Below the pieces are notes generated by a model that saw only the letters and a program-made list of their open reading frames with translations, was not told the DNA's origin and made no database searches. Shown in pieces: positions 36,993-47,152 of a DNA stretch of 64,000 nt. The position numbers and the translations under genes were made by a program. How positions within the stretch are numbered: the stretch's first letter is position 1; the number at the start of each line of letters is the position of its first letter. Source of the stretch: Macrostomum lignano (lineage: Eukaryota); NCBI GenBank assembly GCA_002269645.1, contig NIVC01001601.1:186001-250000 (forward strand), given 5' to 3'.

Positions 36993-38256
36993 TTTATTCT
37001 AATAAACATGGTTTTGGTAGGCTTCTACTTTTTAAATGCATTTTAACTAGAAAAATTACAAAAGAACTATTTTATTAGTCTACAATTTTGTCCCTAAAAG
37101 TTATCCCCCTTTCGAAATCCTAGCTATGCTACTGTTTATTTTTATATTGTATTGATTTGTGTTTTTTCCTAGAATGTCTATATAGTATATGTATATAATA
37201 ACCATGCTAAGCCTGATTCTATCTTGCTAGTTAATCAGTATTGCTTGAAAGCACAGTAAACAAACTGATAATACAAATGTCTTTGCAGCTATGCCTACAA
37301 CTAGGCCTACTACTACTACTACTACAATACTACTCTTCAAGACAAAATACCTAGTTTTTGCATAGACCTATTATATACAATTATACCATGCAGCCATATT
37401 AGTACGAAAAAATCCATTTTAATAAGAGCAAAATGGTCGTAAGGCACTAATAAATATCACTTAGCTTAGGCATTTAAGCCATAAAACTATAGAAGTAGGC
37501 TAGATGAATAATTTGAACTCGAGACTCTTAGAGGCTCTTCATATTGCTTGTTCTGGTTCTAAAACCAGAACCAATTTGTAAAGTATAACTTTTTGTCTCG
37601 TAAACTAGAGGGATATTAGTGCTTTAAAATTGTGATTATCGAATGGCAATACTGCCGCAATAGGCCTAGCCAAGAAGAAAGTGAAAAATTGTGCAAAGTG
37701 AGGCTGTTAAGGCAGTCAAACATTCAACAAATTTAAATAGTTATAACAGCTTTTTTTCTTGGAAATCCGAACCGATTCTGGTTCTGGAATCGATTGCCGT
37801 GAAGAGGCTCAGAGAACGATCGAACGTGATCGATCGATCATCTTAAAAACAGTAAACATCAAAGTTAAAATACTCACTACAACTAAAGTGTAGTTATTAG
37901 ACGCTATAAAATTATCTTACATTGCTTCAAAAATAAAATAAGTTTTATTCTAAACAAAGCTAACTGTTAAGAAGATTTTTGCGTGTGTTTTATATTTTGT
38001 TTAAACTTTTTGAATTCGTTTTTCCGTTGTTTAATGTGATTTAATTAGATTGAGTAAACCAGCGTGTTAACCAGCTGGACTAGCCTTTTGCGAAATTGCG
38101 ACATCATTAAATCAAATGTTCTATCTGGGATCTAGGACTGTCTGGGATCGATGTGTATTTATGATATTGAGAGATAACGCCCTTTGCGTCCCCCTTATAA
38201 TAATCGGATAATCGCCCCTTGGTGTTTGGCTCGTCTTCTATTCATGTACGTCACGA

Positions 38257-38586
38257 CAGAGGCGTCGGCATGGATTTTATGGTAAGGGGACAAAGCCAAG
38301 AATTTTAATTGTAAATGTACATGACTCAACTCAAAAGTCAAAACCAAGACTCAAAAAGTTAAGTACATTATTTTGAGAATTGGTGTTGGCTGCTCATTTT
38401 GGCGCTGCAGGCACTCACTTTGGTGCCACAGACAGGCATTCATTTTGGCGCCACAGACACTCATTTTGGCGCCACATGAACTCATTTTGGTGCCCTGAAA
38501 CAAAATTACTGATTTCCACATCGGGTCACAAAGGGTGGGGTGCAGGGCTTAAATTACTGGGCCTGTCCCCGGTGGCGACGCGCTGG
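38257..38586. mobile_element. hAT-like MITE, ~330 bp, with 8-bp direct repeat CGTCACGA
   Basis: CGTCACGA occurs at 38249-38256 and 38587-38594. The ends are short and imperfect (CAGAGGCGTCG / CGACGCGCTG), and there are internal CATTTTGGCGCC repeats. Confidence 0.6.
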
Positions 38587-39389
38587 CGTCACGACGACCA
38601 ATCGGTACATCTTAATTAAAAAACAAAATAGTTGCTGCAAGTTTTCTTTCCAAAAACTCCTTGCTTCCTTTCTTGCTTTGGGCTCCATTCTGGACCTTTA
38701 AGTTGACATGAGATCCCCATTTTATCCCCTTTATCCCCTGGGACCCCAAGGAAGGGACCGGGATGAGATGTCTTGGCGATTCTAGTCACCTGGTCCGACC
38801 AGTTATCGATTCCAGTCGGTTTGGTCTGGAGCCTTGCTTGGCTCCATTCTAGCGCTTAAGTTGACACCCCCTTTCACTGTACACACTCACGTCCTTTTAA
38901 TTCTCATATGCAACTTCGTAGAGTGCACAGAAATTTCTTTTTTTTGCTGATCTTTTTTTATGGCGCCATTTTTTCGGGCTTATGTGGGTAATTTTTTTAC
39001 GATTCAAATCTCTCTCTCACACCGCGTACATCAAAGGTAAAGAGAGCAGCTGTCATGTTGCCCCCATCACTCCCTCAAAAATTTAGTTTTTTTGTTGCAT
39101 ACTTTTCTGAACGTACCGCACAATCCATCCAGAATTGGCCACGCGTTCGAACTTCAGATAGCTCGTAAGATGTGCACAATTGTTAAAGCAAAGCAAAGAC
39201 TATCGTCGCTTCTCTTTCTTTTTAAGAGTTTTTCCACTCGACAATAGAGACAAGCGAACCATCTTTCCTGAGGCTTGCACACGAGCATTGCTTGGAAAAT
39301 TAGCATCGTAAGATGGCTGCCTTAGCGTTATAAAACCACAAGCAAATGATTAAATTTCCCTAAAATCTTAAAATAAGTTTAATCAAAGC

Positions 39390-42300
39390 ATGCATCGTGC
39401 GGCTGCTGCTGGAAACCTTCGGCAACTCCGGCGGCAGCTTGCCGCATTGCCAGCAGCAAGTCGCCAACGCAACTTGATTGTCTTGGCGGCGGCAGAATCG
39501 GCGGCCAACAATGGGCACCTGGACGTTGTGGCTTATCTTTTGCAAAGCGTTGATGATCCAAGTTCGCGGAACAGTTGGTGCTTCAATCAGTTGAGTACAA
39601 AAGCAGAGCTGCTGAGACATCCGGGAGTTGTGATTTGCCTCGTTAGGACAATTTCTGATCAGAGAAGCAAGGATAGGTGCTGTGCGCGGGTCATTGAGCA
39701 AGTACAAGTACATGTCTCAGAACAAACTGATTGGTCACTGGTAAACTTCCTAGTGCAGACAATATCAGATGTAACACTGAAAGAAATAGTGTACTCGAAG
39801 ATTGTTCTGAGTGCTGCAGAACTCAATGCAATGACAGAAGTTAGAGAATTCTCGACAGCCATATCGGATGAATCACTCAGAGATCGCAGCCAGGTACAGG
39901 CGACGAAGGCCGCGGCAAGGGCAGGCAAAATTGAAGCGGTTGAGTTCCTTTTGCCTCAGATTATAAACAAAGACCTGAGAGATTCTGGTTGCATCGAGGC
40001 CGCTGAAGCAGCTGCAAGTGGGGGTCACATGGAAGTCTGCAAATTTATCGTGAGGACAATTTCTGACGCACATCGTGACCGGTGCTGCATCTTAACCGCA
40101 AAACACGCTGCAAAACACGGCGACATAGGCTCTCTAGAGTTTCTCACTGCCATCGAGAACTTTGCGTTGGAAGACAGTAGAGACGAATGCTGCTTGATGG
40201 CGCTACAATACGCAGCCATGTACGGTCAGCTGGAGTCGACGACTCTCCTAGTAGAACGCAGACTTAGCGAATGCGTCAGGGATGAAGGCTGCGCATCAGC
40301 CGTTTGTTTTGCGTCAATTTACAACCACTTAGCAGTCGTCAAGTATCTAATGCCGCAAATATCCGATCCTGACCTGAAGGAGCGGTGCTGCAAGACCTCG
40401 GTGGAGCCGTCCATCAGAAAAGGGCATTTTGCAGTTGCCGAGTTTCTAATCGGGAGCATTTCCGATGAAGCTACGAAACATCAGTACTGTCGTACCTACG
40501 TGGACTGTGCCGTCAATGAAGGCTTCGATCAGGTTCAAGTGAAGAATTCTTTGTTTACGATTTTTTCACTGGACAAGACCGCTGCTGACTTTCATGAAAA
40601 ATGCGCGGAAATAACCTCCTTAGTTCAAGGCGCAGCCTATCAAAACCTTGATTCTGACGAAGACCTCAAAGCTGCTGCCGAGTTGGCAGCTAAAAGAGAA
40701 AACTTTTGTAACGCTATTTCCAAAATAAATAAAATCACCAAGCCCGTGACAAGAGACCAGTGTTGCAGCCGCGTTATCGATCTCGCTGCTAAATTCTATC
40801 AATGGGAGACTGTAAAGAGCCTGGTGAAAGCTATGCAGAACGAATTCCTTAGAAGCCAATGCAGCATGAAGGCTGTGGAGTCTGCTTCACAATCAGGAAA
40901 TATCGATACAGTGAGATTTCTGCTGCAGCACGTGGCAACAGAAGATCTGACGCCTGAATGCTTGAAGAAGTCTATTCAAACTGCGGCGATACACGGTCAT
41001 TACGAAGTAGTGGAGTTCCTCGTTGGAAAAATTACCTGCCAGGAGCTCAAAGATGAGTCCTGCAGAAATGCCGCAATGCACGCTGCAGCTTGGAATCGAC
41101 TGGCTTTGTTTGACTTCCTGGTTAAGCAAATTTCCAGCGAAGTGCTTAAAAATGAATGCTGCTTTGATGCAGCAATGGAGGCGGAGGCAATGGAAGCCGA
41201 AAGCCGAAGCCGAATTTATTTGGAAGCCGAAATTCTGTGTTTGCGGGCGGTTACTGATGGCATTCGAAGAGACGAGTATTGCGCAAAGCGCTATGAAACT
41301 GCAGACGAAATGAAACTAAACGATGCAGTACGCTTTGTTGAACTAATCGAGGACAAGGATAAGAGAGACCAGCTCTCCATCAAGCTCGCTAACACCGCCA
41401 TTTATCGAGGTAAATGGAAAGTTGCCACAAAGTTATTGCAGGTTGCATCTGAGCCATACAAAATAATTATATGCAGGCGAATAGCTGAATCAGCGGTGAA
41501 CGAAGGGAGTCAAATTTTTAGCATCGCTGAAAAGATCCCGGATGCCTGGCTGCGCGATCAGTTCTGGATGACTGCGGCACAGGCAAGTACAGCCAAACCG
41601 GAAATGTTGCGTCACATCTTGAAAACAATTCAATCAAATTCTTCGAGAGCGGAACCGAACGGCTCCGATGGGGCCGAAGCAGCTGGGATCCCCCCTCACT
41701 GGCTGGCCGAGAACTCGCCTTTGCTTGGCATGCTGTCGAATGAGGCGATTTCCGGCGACAACTCGTGGTTAAGTCGCACCCTGGCTGGCATGCAGGCCAC
41801 TCAGATCATTCAGCTGCTCTTTCTTGCTCTAACCTACGACTACGTCGCTCTGGCGCGCGCAGTAATTAACTCAGAGTATTTCAGCAGCGAGTTGGTCAAT
41901 CAGCAGGACGCGTCTAAAGCCACCGCTCTTATGCTGGCATCTGAAAATGGTCATCACGAGCTTATCCAGCTGCTTTTAAATGCCCGTGCATCGGTACACC
42001 TCCGAGACAGGCAGGGCAGGACAGCCTTGTCCCGGGCATGCGAGGAGGGCCACGTGAGGGCGGTGAAAGCTCTGATCAGCTGGGGAGCTGACATCAATCA
42101 TTGCGACGGCAGAGGACGAACGTGCAAGCAGCTTGCCGATCAGAATCCGCAGCTAATAATATTTCTTGGAAAGAATAAAGAAAGCGCCAAGTGAGTTCTT
42201 TCTACAACTGTATTATAGAATTACAAAATCGACATTAAGCAAAATAAATCAGGGCACACCCTAAGAAGAACAACAAATAGTATAACTGGTAACTTCACGT

Positions 42301-44514
42301 ACATAGCCAATGCATAGATACACGCGTGCCTGATTTCATTTGTGGCTTGGCAGAGCTAATGCAAGCCACAGAAGAATACACAGAGCCTGGAATTTCCATG
42401 CCATTGAATACGCTTGAGCACACACTACAGATACAATTCTTTAACACTTCAGTTAAACAACAGGATTACGTAAGGGAACGGAAAGTCATTTGGCACGCTC
42501 GCAAAATCTGCTAGTCTTATAGGAATCCCTGATTATGCTCCCAGCCAGCTCAAAGTTATTGCAGTTCAAAATTTTCTTTTCAGGATCCCCAATGCAGAGA
42601 GAGACAGGCAGCTTAGCGAATCTCTCCACCAGCTGCTTCGTCTGGCAGGATTCACACGGGAAAGAGCGGTACTGCAGCAGTGCCTGGCTGAGTTGCTCGA
42701 CGGCGTGGCTCGAGGTTTATCAGTAAATGGTTGCAACATCACTGGCAGCTTTGCGGAGGGCTGGGCCAACAGTTTGGCCCAAGTGAATGGCAAGACAGCT
42801 GCCGACTCGGACATTGATTGGACTTTCTTGGTTGAGGAGCCAGTCTTCCATTTGGAGGGTGGATGCAAGTGTAATCGGTCACGAATGGACAGCAGACCTT
42901 TGAATGTTGTCCAAGGTCATGCACTTGTCGATTCTGGAGCAGGTAAATACCAAAAATAATGTTAGTTATTATTGATACGAGTATAATTGAGAATAAGATT
43001 TTCAATGTTTAAATATATACCGTTAAATAACTCTATCAGGCTGTCAGCCAGCAGTATCAGCACCTGCAAGCGGTGCGCGGCCCGCTCAGGACGCATGTCA
43101 TGCAGTGCAGTGTTGCAGCGTCTACTTCGAAGAGCGAATTCGAGTGCTTCTGCCAGCACCGAACCAACTCTTGCCGAACGTCCATCTAGTTAGAGCTACC
43201 CGTCCGAATGAGTTCAACGAGCTCAGAGTGAGCTTCAGCTTCCACGAGAAGCAAATCATGAGGAACCTCAATACAGTCCAGGGACAGCTCTTCGTCATCA
43301 TTAAATTTATCTTCAAAAGATACTTGCCGCACACTCTGGCTACACCGGGACTCAAAACTTACCATGCTAAAACTTTGCTCTTCTTCATGCTTGAGAAGCA
43401 TGGAATGCACAATGCCTCCAAATGGGAATTCGTGAACTTGATCTGCCTACTGAGGGAGTCCATCGGAATGATGCTGGACTTCATTAACTCTCGGGAATCA
43501 TCCGATGAGTGTATGCCGCATTTTTTTATGCCCGACGCTGCGGGTCTCTATTTTAAAAACGCAGGAGTCGGTGGGGACTTCCAGGACACTAAGGCTAGGA
43601 TTCGAGGCCGCCTGTGCGAGCTCAGAAACGACCTAAGCGATGTGATTGGGCAAATTCGAACACTTTTAAGGCCACTTCAGTCACGAAACTTTTACTTTCA
43701 TCCGTTTTGCTTGTTGCCCTTGAGACAACTGCGTGAGTGCACGCATGCTGAAATCTTTGACGGCTGTCCATCAGAGGCTCAAAACTTCACGCTACTGTCA
43801 GGAGCGTACAGTACCGTGCACCTGTGCCTGGCTGAGTTGATGTCAGACTGCGGTAACCGACATGCAGTGATGCGCAAGCTCGATTGGCTTAGTCAGCTAG
43901 AGTGCTGCAGGTGCGCATCGAAATGCTTGGCCATCATGGCGCATTGGAAATTCGATCAGTTTGCCAGAGCAAAGGAAATTGCGATGCAGCTGACAGATCA
44001 TTGCATTAAGAGAAGCTGGAGGCCAACTGAAATAGAAAGGATGCGCCTCTTGGAGAAAAACTATATCAACTGGGCAGGCATTCCCATGAACCTGGATTGG
44101 GCGTGGAGGTTCTGCTTCGCTTGTGATACCCAGCCGAGCCTGTCCTACCTGCCTGAGTTCACGCAAAGTCTGTTCACAGCCAGGCTGTCGCAGCCTCGCT
44201 CCTCCCACCTGTACGTGAACTTCCGCTGCTTGAGCTGGAGTCTCCAAGCTGAGCTGCTCAATGATCTTAAAGAAGCTCTAGTTGAAAGATGGTTCAAGGA
44301 GCTTCAAGAAGACCCTGACTTGGAAGAACTGTGCACTCTGGCTCACTACAGCGACTGTTACGAGCACCTAAAATTTTGTCTGAAAGAGCTGGAGATTATC
44401 AGAAACGAGAGACACATTGCCATAGAGGCCCAAGACATTAAAAAGATCCAGGAAGTTCGAGAGAAGTTGTTGAGACTCGAAGATCAACAAGAACTTCAAG
44501 GATCGACGTGTTGA
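39390..44514 (+). CDS. Ankyrin-repeat + Mab-21/cGAS-like (cGLR) nucleotidyltransferase; exons 39390-42190, 42584-42942, 43040-44514; ~1544 aa
   Basis: Splice sites AA|GTGAGT...TTTTCAG|G (phase 2) and G|GTAAAT...TATCAG|GC (phase 1) join three ORFs in frame (4635 nt). NTase motifs: TGSFAEGW...SDID...QDACHAVQC. Mab-21 motifs: HLV...LRVSFSFHEK...LKTYHAKTLLF...MPHFFMP. Canonical ANK repeats TALMLASENGH and TALSRACEEGH. Confidence 0.85.
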
Positions 44515-44640
44515 GGAAGTTGAAGAAGTTGAAGCTAATAAGAATTTGACGGCTGATAACAATTTCTTAAGATTTTCTTTGTGAATACTTGACAGTCATT
44601 TACTTTCTGAACCACTTATCAAGGACAACTGTAGAATAAT

Positions 44641-44886
44641 ATTAATAATAATAACAATAATAATAATAATAATTGATTACATCTGCCCCAATTAGGCCAG
44701 ATGCGCAACCGACAGCTCAGCCGTGCAGCTATTGCGCGGCGCATCTGAAGGCTGCGTACGGCTGAGTCCAAGGACTGGGGGGTCGCCACACACACCCTGA
44801 ATTACCCCAGCTAATGCTGGGACCCATTTTACAGCTGGGTGAACTGAAGCAATGCAGAGTTAAGTGTCTTGCTCAAGGACACAAAT
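44641..44886 (-). mobile_element. SINE-like interspersed repeat, copy 2, with a (TTA)n 3' tail
   Basis: Homologous to 7083-7290. The (AAT)n run at 44641-44672 forms the tail on the minus strand. Confidence 0.72.
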
Positions 44887-45575
44887 TATAGTATAACAGG
44901 ACGTAAAACTCAATGATAGTGTCATTTTAGGTCAATTTTGGGGCAGTAAAGATTGCTATTCATTAATTTAGCATGTACAGTATGTTACGCTGTTGTAGCT
45001 ATTTTATATACTCGTAGTTGGGTAGCGAAAGTTTCATTTTTATACTTTTTTTCTTTTAATTTCATAAGCCCAGTATATTTGAAATGAAATTGTTGCCCCA
45101 GATCAAATGCAATCATTGATTTTGTGATGAAAAAAATGAATTTTTCCTTTCTCCGCGGTGTGTATATTCTTTTTAGGAAATTGTCCCCCCCCAAAATTAC
45201 ACGATCTTTGAAGTGGTCCAATTGCCTTTTTGCATGGAAAACTGCGTACTTTTTGAAGAAAGCTAGGCAAAAGAAGGGTTGGATACCACAGTATCCAAAT
45301 ATTCACTAATATGGTAGGAGCCTGTGGTGGCTTACAACATCGATGCAATTTTTACTTTTATATATTTGACAGTTGGAAGTCTGTATCGAAAGTCAAAATA
45401 CTATAGGATCGAGACGCATTGCAGATTTGTAGGACTTTTAAATTTTTGTCACATTTTAAAATCGCTCGATCTTCGAACAATATTCAAGCAATGTACTTTT
45501 GTTGGAGTGTTTTACTGATATGATTCGTCATCTTAGCCAAGAATTAATAAAAATATAAACAAATGCTAGCTACGG

Positions 45576-45645
45576 TTATCTTGTCAGTAAAATTTTAAGA
45601 GTCTCGAAGTCACGATTCCTATACAATTGAAAACCAAGGATGAAA
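45576..45645. repeat. ~70-bp interspersed repeat shared with 63628-63700
   Basis: TTATCTTGTCAGT...GTCTCGAAGTCACGATTCCTATACA...AAAACCAAG is present at both sites. Confidence 0.8.
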
Positions 45646-45848
45646 TATGCATTTTTGGCCGTATGCAGAAAGCTTACGCGCTCTGCTAAAGCTCTGTTAA
45701 AGCAACTCAGTTGCATACTATACAAGTGCATTGTACTTATACTTTCACTCAGCGCGCAGTCATTATTCCACACCTTTGCGGCCATTATTCCACACTATTC
45801 CACGCTGGCCATACCACTAAGCCGAAGTTGGACTCCTACCTGGTCAGG

Positions 45849-46646
45849 ATGGCCTTGAGCGGCACCGTCATTCAAGTCCTGAAGACGAATGTCGAAGACC
45901 AGGCCCTCCAAATCCAGCCCGCCGACAGCCAGTCTGGGCAGCAGCTCCTTGAGACGCTGAAAGCCCGGGTTACCTGGATTCCGGCTCGCAGCGCCATCAC
46001 CAACGCCGACGAGCTGCGCCGCCTGCTGCTGGCAACCAATCCGGCCCTGCCGGCAAATGGCGTCGTGGTTCATGGAACCATCTCCAAGCTGGGCGGAGAC
46101 GGTTTCACGGCAATCCTCGGACTGTCGGATAGCTGGATGCTCCGCTATCCGGACATGTCCCTTATCTCTGTTGGGCTGATGCAGATTCAGTTCTTTAGCT
46201 TTGAGTCTGACGCCACCCGTCCACCGCCCCCGGAGAAGCGTAAGCGGGCAGTCGGGGGCTCTGCCGGGCGGAAACGCCCAGGAAAAGAAGCTCCCGGTCG
46301 CCACGACCCCTCCGAGGACGTGGACCCCGTTAAGGGGAAAGCCGCGAAAGCTGCAGCAACAGGCGGACGTGAAGAGGGCCGGAAACCCGCCCGGAACACT
46401 ATCCTCTCTGGTCTAACTCAGCGCGCGAAGCAGCTGCTGGACACCGCCAAGGCTCAAAACCGCAGCAACCCCCAGCCCAGTATCACCACTGCGGCCCACT
46501 CAGAAAACCGGGCCGAGAATGCGAATGCCGCCCCTATGGCAGCCCCGCCCTCGAACCTGGAAACTATCCGGGAGGAGCCCATGGAGCTGGAGCCTGGAGC
46601 CATCGGCGAGGCGGAAGAGGCAGCTCTCTTGTACAACTCGCCCTGA
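45849..46646 (+). CDS. Non-LTR retrotransposon ORF1-like protein (265 aa)
   Basis: This ORF lies directly upstream of an APE endonuclease start and has a basic, low-complexity C-terminus. The assignment is mainly positional. Confidence 0.6.
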   Translation: MALSGTVIQVLKTNVEDQALQIQPADSQSGQQLLETLKARVTWIPARSAITNADELRRLLLATNPALPANGVVVHGTISKLGGDGFTAILGLSDSWMLRYPDMSLISVGLMQIQFFSFESDATRPPPPEKRKRAVGGSAGRKRPGKEAPGRHDPSEDVDPVKGKAAKAAATGGREEGRKPARNTILSGLTQRAKQLLDTAKAQNRSNPQPSITTAAHSENRAENANAAPMAAPPSNLETIREEPMELEPGAIGEAEEAALLYNSP

Positions 46647-46904
46647 GCAAGCAGGAAGCTGTACGGACCACCCGTGGAATTCCGGGAGTGGACATCCTGC
46701 AGCTGAACCTGCACCACTGCATCGCGGCCTCGACCAACCTGATGCAGGTGGCCAACTTCGCAAAACCGGGCATCATCCTACTTCTGGAGCCCTGGATGAA
46801 GAAAAGTAAGATTCCGAATATTCCTGCTAGGTTTTGACTGTTTTCAGGACCCTCAAAACCCCAGAACAGCCATTTTAGTATCTACCCATCTCAAAGCTTG
46901 GCAC

Positions 46905-47152
46905 TGTGTCGGATTTGGAGTGCCTGCGTACCGACCCTCTGCTATGTGTAGCGTCGCCAGTGTACACTTGGCGGTCCCCGTCTCAGAGTGTGTTGGGGTG
47001 GGGTTGATGTGCATGAGGCATTGATGAGTCAGAGAGTTGGAGTGAGAAGATCGATTTAATTTAATATATAAGCAATAGCCACAGGGCTCATTTACCTGTT
47101 TTTTGTTAGAGTCTAACTCTCAGATTTATTAGACTTGATTATTTCTTTAACA
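46905..47152 (+). repeat. 5' LTR of the BEL/Pao element (248 bp)
   Basis: Direct repeat of 51927-52190, differing by ~7 substitutions and 3 indels. Confidence 0.95.

Noticed and set aside
44698-44766. Possible hammerhead or HDV-like ribozyme in the SINE
   Set aside because: CTGAAGG and GACA deviate from the CUGANGA/GAAA core and overlap helices, and there is no HDV J4/2 catalytic C. Kept only as a pseudoknot candidate.
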